Assembly: GCA_963842525.1 (NCBI GenBank)
Contig: CAWJGT010000003.1
Location: 1,920,001 to 1,984,000 of the forward strand
DNA: 64,000 nucleotides
Source of the DNA: an uncultured Holophagales bacterium
Lineage (GTDB): Bacteria > Acidobacteriota > Thermoanaerobaculia > Multivoradales > UBA5704
Direction: 5' to 3'
A program made the position numbers and the translations under genes. Under the pieces are notes generated by a model. The model was given only the letters and a program-made list of their open reading frames with translations. It was not told where the DNA came from and made no database searches. Positions 9,718 to 18,840 of this stretch are shown piece after piece. How positions within the stretch are numbered: position 1 is the first letter of the stretch; each line of letters begins with the position of its first letter.

Positions 9718-9760
9718 AAAAAAACGCCTGGCTCCTTGCTGAGGGGCCGGGCGTCTTTTC
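9718..9760. terminator. Probable bidirectional intrinsic terminator
   Basis: A-tract, ACGCCTGGCTCC/GGGGCCGGGCGT stem, then CTTTT. Confidence 0.65.
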
Positions 9761-9839
9761 GTCGTTCAGGATGCGCCCGGGCATTCCCGGCCGGGATATC
9801 CTGTTTTGACAGTCCGGCCTTGCGCCGTACCGATCCGCC

Positions 9840-11678
9840 ATGGAGCACCACGACCACCTCGTTGCACGCATCCGGGAGCTTCCGGACCGCCCGGGCATCT
9901 ACATCTTCAAGGATGCCGAGGGGAAGGTCCTGTACGTCGGCAAGGCGAAGTCGTTGCGCAAGCGGGCGTCGTCCTACCTGGTGCGGGACCATGAGCCGCG
10001 CCTTGCGGCCATGGTGTCGGAGGCGGTGGACCTGGAGTTCCTGGTCACCGACTCCGAGGCCGAGGCGCTCCTTCTCGAAAACAACTGGATCAAGAGGAAG
10101 CGGCCCCGGTACAACGTCCTGCTGCGGGACGACAAGACCTATCCTTATCTCAAGCTGACGCTCCAGGACGAATACCCGCGGATCGCCTTCACCCGCCGGG
10201 TGCGGGAGGACAAGGCCGAGTACTTCGGACCCTTCCTGCCCGGCGGGCTCGCGCGTAAGGCCATCAAGCTGGTCCAGAAGCTGTTCCAGATCCGGGTCTG
10301 CCGCATCGAGATCGACGGCCGCCTCGCCCGGCCGTGCCTCTATTACGACATGCACCGCTGCCTGGGGCCCTGCGTCGCCAGCCTGACCACCAAGGATGCC
10401 TACGACGAGGCGGTGCAGCAGGCGCGTCTCTTCCTCTCCGGGCGCAACGAGCAGCTCATCCGGCGCCTCAAGAAGGAGATGTGGGAGGCCGCCGAGGCCA
10501 TGGACTACGAGCGGGCCGCCCAGGTCCGCGACACCCTGGCCGAGGTCGAGGCCACCAGCCAGCGGCGCAAGCTCTCGTCGGTCGAGGACGAGGACCTGGA
10601 CGTCTACGGCGTCCACGTGACGGGCGGCAACGCCGCGGTGGTGTCCCTGGTGATGCGCGGCGGCCAGGTGCTCGACCGCCGCGAGCTGTTCTGGGAAGCG
10701 ATGGGGGAGATCACCCCGGAGCGCCTCCTCTCCGAGATCCTGCCCCAGATCTACGACCGCACGACCTTCATCCCCAAGGAGATCCACCTGCCGGTGGCGA
10801 TCGAAGGGGAGGAGGCGCTGCTGGAGTGGCTGTCCGGGAAAAAAGGGGAAAAGGTCTACCTGCGGATGCCGTCGCGCGGCCCCAAGGCCGAACGGGTCAA
10901 GCTGGCGATGCACAACGCCGAGCTGGCCCATCAAAGACGGTTCCGCGGCGGCGGCCAGGAGTCGCCCGGGGCCACGGCCCTTGAACGGCACCTCCACCTG
11001 CCGGACGTGCCGCGCCGCATCGAAGGCTTCGATATCTCCCATTTTCAGGGTGGCGAGACGGTGGCCTCGATGGTCGTCTGGGAGGAGGGGAAGATGCGCA
11101 AGGGCGAGTACCGCAGCTTCAACATCCGCGGCCTCACCCTGCCGGACGATTTTGCCTCGATGCGCCAGGTCGTCGAGCGCCGCTACCGGCGCCGGCTGGA
11201 GGAGGTCGGGGCAATGCCCGACCTGATCCTGATCGACGGCGGGCGCGGCCAGCTCAACGCAGCCCTGGACGCCCTGGCCGAGCTGGGTGTGGAGGACACG
11301 CCGATCCTGGGGCTGGCCAAGCGGGAGGAGGAAATCTATCTTCCGGACCTGCCCGAGCCGCTTCGGCTCCCCAAGGAGGACCTCGGCCTGCGGCTGCTCC
11401 AGCAGATCCGCGACGAGTCCCACCGTTTCGCCGTCTCCCGCCACCGCGCCCGGCGGTCCGCCCGCACCCTGCACAGCCGGCTCGACGAGCTGTCCGGCAT
11501 CGGCCCGCGCCGCCGCAAGATGCTGATCCAGCGCTTTGGCAGCGTCGAAGGGGTGAGGAATGCCCCGCTGGTGGAGCTCCAGGGCGCCCTCGGCCAGGTC
11601 ATGGGCCGGAAGATCTTCGATCAGCTCCACGCAGCAGCAGAAACAACAGTGATCTCGACACAAGTGCTGGATGGCTGA
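9840..11678 (+). CDS. uvrC: Excinuclease ABC subunit C
   Basis: GIY-YIG (PGIYIF..LYVGKAKSLRKR), IEGFDISH, PDLILIDGGRGQL, RDESHRFA, HhH GIGPRRR. Confidence 0.98.
   Translation: MEHHDHLVARIRELPDRPGIYIFKDAEGKVLYVGKAKSLRKRASSYLVRDHEPRLAAMVSEAVDLEFLVTDSEAEALLLENNWIKRKRPRYNVLLRDDKTYPYLKLTLQDEYPRIAFTRRVREDKAEYFGPFLPGGLARKAIKLVQKLFQIRVCRIEIDGRLARPCLYYDMHRCLGPCVASLTTKDAYDEAVQQARLFLSGRNEQLIRRLKKEMWEAAEAMDYERAAQVRDTLAEVEATSQRRKLSSVEDEDLDVYGVHVTGGNAAVVSLVMRGGQVLDRRELFWEAMGEITPERLLSEILPQIYDRTTFIPKEIHLPVAIEGEEALLEWLSGKKGEKVYLRMPSRGPKAERVKLAMHNAELAHQRRFRGGGQESPGATALERHLHLPDVPRRIEGFDISHFQGGETVASMVVWEEGKMRKGEYRSFNIRGLTLPDDFASMRQVVERRYRRRLEEVGAMPDLILIDGGRGQLNAALDALAELGVEDTPILGLAKREEEIYLPDLPEPLRLPKEDLGLRLLQQIRDESHRFAVSRHRARRSARTLHSRLDELSGIGPRRRKMLIQRFGSVEGVRNAPLVELQGALGQVMGRKIFDQLHAAAETTVISTQVLDG
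11586..11632 (+). repeat. 47-bp direct repeat, copy 1 (uvrC 3' region)
   Basis: GCCCTCGGCCAGGTCATGGGCCGGAAGATCTTCGATCAGCTCCACGC; copy 2 at 12285-12331 differs at one base. Confidence 0.95.
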
Positions 11679-11736
11679 TAGTCTGTTCCTCTTAGGAAGG
11701 CCTCAAGGTTCGTTGAAATAGCCCTGGGTGAAGAGA

Positions 11737-12034
11737 ATGTATTTGAAAGAGGTTCTTTGGAAGGACGCGTTTGTTGAAAAACTTGAAGCCAAACACGCCG
11801 TCAGTACGGATGAGGCCGAGCAGATCTTGTTCTCACAGCCGCACGTCCGGAGAAGCTCAGAAAGGGCGAGTGAAAGGCGAAGATCTGTATGTCGCTTATG
11901 GGCAGACGAACGATGGCAGGTACTTGGTTGTATTCTTCATCCGTAAGCATCAAGCCGCCGCCTTGCCTATCTCGGCACGCGACATGACGAGCTCGGAGCG
12001 GAGGTACTATGAGCGCGAAATCGAAACAGGTTGA
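11737..12034 (+). pseudogene. BrnT-family toxin, frameshifted near 11850
   Basis: KLEAKHAVSTDEAEQIL in one frame; YVAYGQTNDGRYLVVFF..PISARDMTSSERRYYE in another. Confidence 0.8.
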
Positions 12035-12275
12035 CCCAATCCCGGATGAGTTCGCCAGCTATGAAGAGGCGGCGGAGTTTTGGGACTCACATGACACAAC
12101 CGACTACCCGGAGAGCTTTGAGACTGTTGCTGTGGATGCGGAGCTGAAGCGGCGACGCTTTGAGGTAGAAGTGGACGAAGATTTGATGAGAGAGCTCTCG
12201 GTTCAGGCTCAAGAACGCGGACTTGCAGTGGGCCGCCTCGTCAACGAAATGTTGAGAGAAAAGATCCACGCATAG
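12009..12275 (+). CDS. BrnA/CopG-type antitoxin
   Basis: IPDEFASYEEAAEFWDSHDTTDY motif with RHH-like C terminus; overlaps the toxin. Confidence 0.85.
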   Translation: MSAKSKQVDPIPDEFASYEEAAEFWDSHDTTDYPESFETVAVDAELKRRRFEVEVDEDLMRELSVQAQERGLAVGRLVNEMLREKIHA

Positions 12276-12284
12276 TGGACTCTA

Positions 12285-12425
12285 GCCCTCGGCCAGGTCA
12301 TGGGCCGGAAGGTCTTCGATCAGCTCCACGCCGCGCCGATTCAGCCGATTCCGCCGGCTCCGGACGACGCTGTGCTTCCGGACGATGTGGTCCAGGAAGA
12401 CCCGCCGGAGGCCGCGGCTTCCTGA
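12285..12425 (+). pseudogene. Orphan duplicate uvrC 3' end (direct repeat copy 2 plus alternative tail)
   Basis: Reads ALGQVMGRKVFDQLHAAPIQPIPPAPDD...EAAAS-stop, matching UvrC ALGQVMGRKIFDQLHAA. Confidence 0.8.
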
Positions 12426-13974
12426 TCTTCGCCTTCCGTTCGAAGACGTAGACGATCTGACGGTTGCCGCGCCACCAGCCTTCGGTGGTCGGCGTCGGGT
12501 GCTCGCCGAAGCGGGCGCGCAGCTTGTAGCCGCGACGCACCATGTGGATCGCCGCGACGTCGATGGGGTCGCGGCCGTCCTTCAGAAGGACGCCGGCCAC
12601 GACGAAATGGGGCCGGCGGGTGCGGATCGACGGCAGCGCCCGGGGCCACCGCCGCAGCACGGGATGGGAGCGCATCCGGGCGGTTTCTCTCTCGACGAAT
12701 GCCAACTCGCGGACCAGGAGCACGGTGTGCTGCGGCCCTGTGTTCGCCACCAGCCAGTCCATGGCTTCCTTCCGCGAATCGACGAGGCGCAGCCGTTCCA
12801 GCGCATAGCCCGCCAGGGGGACGCCGAAGAGCAGGATCACCAGGGCGACCGCTCCGGCGTCGGCCCAGAGCGGCCGACTGAGGCGCTCCCGGATTTTGGC
12901 GTACAGGATCGCCACGGCGATACAGGCCAGGGGGACCAGGGGGAGGAGGTTGCGGAACGCCTGGAAGGACTGCCGTCCGTAGAGGACCAGGCAGATGGCC
13001 GTGAAGAGCAGCCAGCCGCAGACGGTGCCGCGCAGACGGCGATCCCACAGGGCCAGGGCCAGGCCAATGGCGGCGAGAGCCATGTAGATGAACCCGAGCT
13101 CCGGGCGCTCGTAGGGGAGGTCCCACTCCGCCCGCAGGAAGGCCTGCTTCCAGAGGACCTCGGTTTTCAGGTGCGCGTAGATCACGGCCTGGGTGTGGAT
13201 GGAATTCACGATGTCGCGCGGGTGCAGGACGACCGCCGGCATGCCCGCGACCGCGCCGAGCACCGCCCCGGCGCCCGCCAGGGCGCCGCGCCGGAACCTC
13301 TCCTTCCAGGAGACCTTCTCGAGGACCATGGTGAGGGCGAACGCCGCGAGGATCGAGACGGCCGGGTACTTGGAGGCGAAGGCAAGGCCGGCCATGGCGC
13401 CCGCGGCCAGCGACTCGAGGCCCGGCCGCGAAGACGTGCGGGCGCGGTCCGTGAAGTTGAGGCAGGCGAGGACGAAGAGGGTGGCGTAGGGGTCGACCGT
13501 AGCGATGGCGCCGCGGATGGCCAGAGCGGGCGTCAGGGCCGCCAGGAAGGCCGCGAAGAGGCCGGCCGCCGGACCCGCGAGCCGGCGGGCGAAGGCACCG
13601 GTCAGGATGACGACTCCAAGGCCGACCAGAGCGCTCAGCAGCCGACCGAGCGCCATCAGCTCGAAAGGCTCCAGGATGTCGTAGATCTCGCGCCCGGTGG
13701 AGAGGTCCTCGCGCATCGGCCGGCCATGGACCGCGGTGTAGACGGGACCGTAGAGCCGCGCCGCCGCGGTCACGGCGGTGACCGGGAGCTGCGGGTACAT
13801 ATACCAGCGCGGGTCCCAGCCGCCGTTGCGCAGGAGCGGGACCACGGGGTGGAGGTAGTTCCCCTCGTCGATATAGGCCATGTAGGGCTTGGCTGACATC
13901 AGGGGCGCCAGGCGCACCGCCGCCGCGAGGAGGAGGATGGCGGTCCAGGCCAGCAGGGAGAAGGGTCGTTTCAT
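12298..13974 (-). CDS. GT-C membrane glycosyltransferase (ArnT/PMT-like), paralog 2
   Basis: Start MKRPFSLL; YIDEG motif, many TM helices, GLAFASKYP; strongly similar to adjacent paralog. Confidence 0.85.
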   Translation of the reverse strand: MKRPFSLLAWTAILLLAAAVRLAPLMSAKPYMAYIDEGNYLHPVVPLLRNGGWDPRWYMYPQLPVTAVTAAARLYGPVYTAVHGRPMREDLSTGREIYDILEPFELMALGRLLSALVGLGVVILTGAFARRLAGPAAGLFAAFLAALTPALAIRGAIATVDPYATLFVLACLNFTDRARTSSRPGLESLAAGAMAGLAFASKYPAVSILAAFALTMVLEKVSWKERFRRGALAGAGAVLGAVAGMPAVVLHPRDIVNSIHTQAVIYAHLKTEVLWKQAFLRAEWDLPYERPELGFIYMALAAIGLALALWDRRLRGTVCGWLLFTAICLVLYGRQSFQAFRNLLPLVPLACIAVAILYAKIRERLSRPLWADAGAVALVILLFGVPLAGYALERLRLVDSRKEAMDWLVANTGPQHTVLLVRELAFVERETARMRSHPVLRRWPRALPSIRTRRPHFVVAGVLLKDGRDPIDVAAIHMVRRGYKLRARFGEHPTPTTEGWWRGNRQIVYVFERKAKIRKPRPPAGLPGPHRPEAQRRPEPAESAESARRGADRRPSGP

Positions 13975-15533
13975 CGGGCCTCGAAGATGTACACGATCTG
14001 CCGGTTGCCATGCCACCAGCCGTTGTGGGCCGGCGTGGGCTGCTCCCCGAAGCGGGCGCGCAGCCGGTAGCGGCGCTGGACGAAGGGATGCGCCGCGGCG
14101 TCGTTCGGCGCCTGGTCCTTCCTGAGGAGGACCCCGGCCACCAGGAAGCGCGGGCTGCGGCCCCGGACGGTGGGAATCGCCCTCGGCCAGCGCCGGACCA
14201 GGGGCTTCGCCCGCAGGCGGGCGAGCTCGCTGCGGACGAACGCCAGCTCCTGCACGACGACCGCGGCATCCTCTGGTCGCGCGTTCTCCGCAAGCCAGTC
14301 CACGGCCTCGGTCCGCGCGTCGCGGAGCCGGTAGCGGTCGCGGGCGTATCCTGCCACGGGGAGGCCGAAGAGGAGGAGGACCAGGGCCGCCGCCGCCAGA
14401 TCCAACCACAGCGGCCGGCGCATGCTGTCTCGCACCTTGGCAAACAGCACCCCGATGGCGATGCAGCTCATGGCCACCAGGGGGAGGAGGTTGCGGAAGG
14501 GCTGGTAGGCCTGGCGGGTGAACAGGAACAGGGCGACGGCGAGGTAGGCGACCCACCCCCAGGCGGTCCTGGACGCGCGCTCGTCCCGCACGGCCACGAC
14601 GAAGCCGGCCGCGGCGAGCCCCAGGAACACGAGCCCGACCTCCGGGTGCTCGTAGGGGACATCCCATTCCGCCCGCACCAGCGCCTGCCGCCAGAGGACG
14701 TCCTCCGACACGCGGTGCGAATACATCCACCAGTTGCGGCGCAGCGCGGTCACGACGCCCTCGGTGTTGGCGAGGATCGCCGGCATGGCGGCGAGCGCGG
14801 CAACGATTGCGGCGGCCCCGGCGAGGACCAGCCGGCGGAGCTTCTCCTTCCAGGGGACCTTGTCGAGGAGCACGGTCGTGGCAAACGCCACGGAGACCAG
14901 GACGGCCGGGTATTTTGCGGCGAAGGCGAGGCCGGCCATGGCTCCGGCGGTGAGCGATTCGCGGCCCGGGTAGGCCGAGGTCCGCGCGCGGTCCGTGAAG
15001 AGCAGGCAGGCGAGGACGAAGAAGGAGGCCCAGGGATCGACGGTGGTGACGGCGCCGCGGATGGCGAGAGCGGGGGTCAGGGCGGCGAGAAAGGCAGCGA
15101 AGAGCCCGGCCGGGGTCCCTGCGAGACGGCGCGCGAGGAGGCCGGCGAGGAGGACGGTCCCGAGCCCGGCCGCCAGGGTCAGGAGCCGCCCGATGACGAG
15201 CAGGTCGAACGGCTCCAGCACGTCGTAGAACCCGCGCCCCATCGACAGGTCGCCGCGGAACGGCCGGCCGTGGACCGCGCCGTACACCGGGGCGTAGAGG
15301 CGCGCCGATGCCGTCATGGCGATCAGGGGGAGCTGGGGATAGAGATACCAGCGCGGGTCCCAGCCGCCGGTGCGCACGAGCCGTGAGACGTGGTGGAGGA
15401 CGTTCCCCTCGTCGACGTAGTTGATATAGGGCCTCCCGGCCAGAAGAGGCGACAGGCGCACCGCCAGGGCGAGGAGCAGGATGGCGGTCCACGCCAGCTT
15501 CGGGCACGCCAGTTTCGGGAAGACACGGCTCAT
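13971..15533 (-). CDS. GT-C membrane glycosyltransferase (ArnT/PMT-like), paralog 1
   Basis: YVDEG, WDPRWYLYP, GLAFAAKYP, multiple TM helices. Confidence 0.85.
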   Translation of the reverse strand: MSRVFPKLACPKLAWTAILLLALAVRLSPLLAGRPYINYVDEGNVLHHVSRLVRTGGWDPRWYLYPQLPLIAMTASARLYAPVYGAVHGRPFRGDLSMGRGFYDVLEPFDLLVIGRLLTLAAGLGTVLLAGLLARRLAGTPAGLFAAFLAALTPALAIRGAVTTVDPWASFFVLACLLFTDRARTSAYPGRESLTAGAMAGLAFAAKYPAVLVSVAFATTVLLDKVPWKEKLRRLVLAGAAAIVAALAAMPAILANTEGVVTALRRNWWMYSHRVSEDVLWRQALVRAEWDVPYEHPEVGLVFLGLAAAGFVVAVRDERASRTAWGWVAYLAVALFLFTRQAYQPFRNLLPLVAMSCIAIGVLFAKVRDSMRRPLWLDLAAAALVLLLFGLPVAGYARDRYRLRDARTEAVDWLAENARPEDAAVVVQELAFVRSELARLRAKPLVRRWPRAIPTVRGRSPRFLVAGVLLRKDQAPNDAAAHPFVQRRYRLRARFGEQPTPAHNGWWHGNRQIVYIFEAR

Positions 15534-15579
15534 GAGAGCTTGCGATTCTATCCTCTGAAGAAGTGGTATTATTTAGCCA

Positions 15580-16311
15580 GTGCCCCAGACTTTGCCGTCC
15601 CGTCGCTTCCTCTCGGAAGAGGAGTATCGCGTCTTCACCGAGCGCATCGGCCGCAGCCTGGCCGAGCGGCCGGTCCGCCTGGACGGGGCGGAGCACCGCG
15701 AGCGCGTGGCCGACCTCCTGCGGCGGGTCGGGGAGGCGAGCTTCTACGAGCTCCTCGACATCGATCCCGCCGCGTCGGCCCGGGAGGTCCACGAGTCCTA
15801 CGAGCGGACGGCCCGGATGGTCCATCCCGGCAACGCATCCCAACTGGACCTGACCGGAAGGGAGGGCGTCCTGGAGGTGCTCTTCGAACGGGTCACCGAG
15901 GCCTATCTCACCCTGAGCGACATGGACCGGCGCAAGCGGTACGACCGCCAGCGCCCGGGCGGCTGGTGGCGCACGTCCGCGGCGCGAAAAGTCTCCCGCG
16001 AGGAGGAGGCGCAGCGCCTCTACGAGAGGGCCCGGGCGTTCGTGGCCGCCGAGCAGTACCACGCCGCGGTCGAGCTGCTGCAGGAAGCGGTGCGCGCAGC
16101 CCCCAGGCCCGAGCACTGGGTCCTCCTGGGACAGGTCCAGGCGAGAAATCCCCACTGGCTGCGCAGCGCCGAGGACAGCTTCCGCCGGGCTCTGCAGATG
16201 GGCTCGAAGGACCCCACGCTGCCCTCGTCCCTGGCTCTCGTCCGCGACGAGATGAAGCGCCGGGAGGCCGGCGAAGAGATCGAGACGGACGGGGAAGTCG
16301 AGATCGTCTGA
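15580..16311 (+). CDS. J-domain (DnaJ-like) plus TPR protein
   Basis: FYELLDI..ARMVHPG..EAYLTLSD..RKRYD; HPD appears as HPG; C-terminal TPR-like helices. Confidence 0.8.
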   Translation: MPQTLPSRRFLSEEEYRVFTERIGRSLAERPVRLDGAEHRERVADLLRRVGEASFYELLDIDPAASAREVHESYERTARMVHPGNASQLDLTGREGVLEVLFERVTEAYLTLSDMDRRKRYDRQRPGGWWRTSAARKVSREEEAQRLYERARAFVAAEQYHAAVELLQEAVRAAPRPEHWVLLGQVQARNPHWLRSAEDSFRRALQMGSKDPTLPSSLALVRDEMKRREAGEEIETDGEVEIV

Positions 16312-16328
16312 TCGCGTTATGATGGGTT

Positions 16329-16744
16329 GACGCTGGAGAGCTTCCAAGCGGTCGCTCCGGACGGCCTTCGGGCCGGGCCGGGGAGGAAAGTCCGAGCTCC
16401 AACGGGCAGCATGCTCGCTAACGGCGAGGCGCGGCGACGCGACGGACAGTGCAACAGAAAAGATACCGCCGGGTCCTCTTCGGAAGATCCGGTAAGGGTG
16501 AAATGGTGCGGTAAGAGCGCACCGCTCCGGGGGCGACTCCGGAGGCATGGAAAACCCCATGCGGAGCAAGACCAAATAGGGGGGCGTCAATGCGGGCAGC
16601 CCGTCCCGCGCCTGGGCCTTCGGGTCCGGGGACAGTTCCCGGGTAGGTTGCTGGAGGCCGGCGGCAACGCCGGTCCCAGAGGAATGACCGCTACCCGGCT
16701 TCGGCCGGGGATACAGAACTCGGCTTACGGAGCTCTCCAGCGTC
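16329..16744 (+). ncRNA. rnpB: RNase P RNA, bacterial type A
   Basis: GAGGAAAGTCCGAGCT, AGTGCAACAGAAA, GGTAAGAGCGCACC, GAGCAAGACCAAATAG, ACAGAACTCGGCTTA; terminal helix GACGCTGGAGAGCT/AGCTCTCCAGCGTC. Confidence 0.97.
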
Positions 16745-16780
16745 TTTGATTTCTCTTCCTGATTCTCGGCCCCGAGCGGA

Positions 16781-16909
16781 CCTCACCCCCGGCCCCTCTC
16801 CCATCTCCCGCCCACCCTATCCCCGGGAGAGGGGAGAAAACCTGTCAAATGTCCCCCCTCTCCCGGGGTGGGAGGGAGGGGTGGCGGGAGAGGGGGTCAG
16901 GGGGTGAGG
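16781..16909. repeat. REP/MITE-like element, family A (inverted pair)
   Basis: CCTCACCCCC..CCCCTCTCCC..GGGAGAGGGG followed by an inverted copy ending GGGGGTGAGG. Confidence 0.9.
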
Positions 16910-17803
16910 GTCCAACTTCCCCCTCCCGCCGGCCCTGGCGACCGGGTGGGCGTGGCGGCCCTTTCGGGGTTGGTCCAGGCCGACAAGCTCGCGGCCGGCG
17001 TCGAGACCCTTCGCCGGCTCGGTTTCGAGCCGGTCCTCGCCGACAATCTGACCGCGCAGGACGGGCTCTTCGCGGGGAGCGACGAAGTGCGTCTCGCGGC
17101 GTTCCACCGCCTCGCCGCCGACCCCGGCCTGCGGGCGATCTTCTTTGCCCGGGGCGGTTCCGGGCTGCTGCGCGTGCTGCCGGGCCTCGACTGGGACCTG
17201 CTGCGCCGGCATCCCCGCGCCTACGTCGGCTACTCGGACCTGACCCCTTTTCTCCACGAGGTGGTGCGGCGGCTCGGCCTCGTCGCCTTCCATGGTCCGA
17301 TGGTCGCCGCCGAGCTGGCGCGCGAGCTCGCGCCGGACGAGGAGAGCAGCCTGCTCGACGCCCTTGCCGGTCGCTATCCGGCGTCGCTGCCGTTCCAATC
17401 CTGGCTCCGGCCGCCCGCGGGCGCCGCTCCGGTCAGGGGCCCGCTGCTCGGCGGCTGCCTGAGCCTGCTGGTCTCGGTGCTCGGCACTCCCTGGTCGCCG
17501 GACCTCGACGGCGCCGTGCTGTTCTGGGAAGACGTCAACGAGCCGCCGTACCGCATCGACCGTATGTTGACCCACTTACGGCTGTCGGGTAATCTCGCGA
17601 AGATCGAGGGAATGATCGTCGGCCATCTGAACGGTGCCGCCACCGACTGGCCGGCGTTGGTGGCCGGCAGCGTCGCCGATTTCTCCTGGCCGTTGGCCTG
17701 GGGTCTCGAGAGCGGCCATCTCCAGCCCAACTGGACGCTCCCCCTGGGGCTTCCGGCGCGCCTGGAGAGCGACGACTGCCGGCTCTGGCTCGGGGAAGGA
17801 TGA
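16904..17803 (+). CDS. LD-carboxypeptidase (peptidase S66)
   Basis: ARGGSG, VGYSDLT, FHGPM, GGCLSLL, FWEDVNE, SGH motifs; candidate GTG start lies in the repeat end. Confidence 0.92.
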   Translation: MRVQLPPPAGPGDRVGVAALSGLVQADKLAAGVETLRRLGFEPVLADNLTAQDGLFAGSDEVRLAAFHRLAADPGLRAIFFARGGSGLLRVLPGLDWDLLRRHPRAYVGYSDLTPFLHEVVRRLGLVAFHGPMVAAELARELAPDEESSLLDALAGRYPASLPFQSWLRPPAGAAPVRGPLLGGCLSLLVSVLGTPWSPDLDGAVLFWEDVNEPPYRIDRMLTHLRLSGNLAKIEGMIVGHLNGAATDWPALVAGSVADFSWPLAWGLESGHLQPNWTLPLGLPARLESDDCRLWLGEG

Positions 17804-17810
17804 GCAGCGC

Positions 17811-18611
17811 ATGAACAATCCCGTCTTCAAGACGACCAGCGGCGGCGCCGCCGCACCCTCCCGGAAGAGCACGGGCTACCTCGTCGAATTCAAGGACGGA
17901 GACTTCGTCTTCCGCGAGGGCGACCTCGGCACGGAGATGTACATCATCCACGAGGGCAAGATCGAGATCCTCAACCGCATGGGCGGCAAGGACGTCGTCC
18001 TCGCGGTGCTGGAGAAGGGCGACTTTTTCGGCGAGATGTCCGTCCTGGAGGACCTGCCGCGGGCCGCCTCGGCGCGGGCCCTCACCGACACACGGCTGCT
18101 CAAGATCAACGGCTCGACCTTCGACCAGATGCTGCGCGACAACCCGGAGGTCGCGGTCCGCATGATGCGCAAGCTGTCCCGGCGGTTGCGCGAGACGGAC
18201 GAGTTGCTGCGCGGGACCACCTCATTCAAGAGCGACAGCACGCCGCTGTCGCGCGAGGTGCCGACGCCCATGGCCCAGGCTCCGGCGGAAGGCCCCGAGA
18301 GGCTGATCCACGACCCGTCAGGAATGGAGCTGCCGCTCGCGACCGGCCCCGAGACCACCATCGGCCGGAAGGACCCGGTCACCGGCATCTATCCCGACAT
18401 CGACCTTTCGCCGCTCGACGTCCAGCGCTCGGTCAGCCGGCGTCACGCCAAGATCTACCGCCGGGGCACGAAGTTCTTCCTCGGCGAGGAGATCGGCACG
18501 ATGAACAGCACCTTCCTCAACGGCAGCCGGCTGGAGACGGGCATCCCGTCCGAGATCCACCCCGGGGACGAGCTGCGCTTCGGGGTCGTCGTCCTGCGGT
18601 TCCAGCCCTGA
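17811..18611 (+). CDS. Cyclic-nucleotide-binding domain plus FHA domain protein
   Basis: FREGDLG.EMYII.EG, FFGEMSVL..PRAASA; FHA IGR..VSRRHA..NSTFLNG. Confidence 0.9.
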   Translation: MNNPVFKTTSGGAAAPSRKSTGYLVEFKDGDFVFREGDLGTEMYIIHEGKIEILNRMGGKDVVLAVLEKGDFFGEMSVLEDLPRAASARALTDTRLLKINGSTFDQMLRDNPEVAVRMMRKLSRRLRETDELLRGTTSFKSDSTPLSREVPTPMAQAPAEGPERLIHDPSGMELPLATGPETTIGRKDPVTGIYPDIDLSPLDVQRSVSRRHAKIYRRGTKFFLGEEIGTMNSTFLNGSRLETGIPSEIHPGDELRFGVVVLRFQP

Positions 18612-18840
18612 CCTCACCCCCTGTCCCCCTCTCCCATCGCCCCCCCACCGACCGGGAGAGGGGGGACGTCGCTGAAGCCGTTGTGGCGAGCCCTCCCTTC
18701 CTGCGGATGGATATCGCCGTGGGGAACGTCTGTTGGAGCCTCCGTGTCCACTCCAGCTTACTTCGTCTCAATCGCCTGGCCTGCGTTCCCCCTCTCCCGG
18801 AGGAAGGGGGGGCGATGGGAGAGGGGGACAGGGGGTGAGG
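18612..18840. repeat. REP/MITE-like element, family A (inverted pair with ~115-bp core)
   Basis: Starts right after a TGA stop with CCTCACCCCCTGTCCCCCTCTCCCATCGCC; ends GGCGATGGGAGAGGGGGACAGGGGGTGAGG. Confidence 0.92.

Noticed and set aside
9006-11663. Long antisense ORFs (also 36079-39747, 55572-57968, 59812-61956, 18517-20616)
   Set aside because: Shadow frames opposite well-supported genes, expected with GC-rich codon usage
12298-16590. 1430-aa ORF spanning rnpB antisense and both GT-C genes
   Set aside because: High-GC stop-poor frame; only the part from 13974 is protein-like
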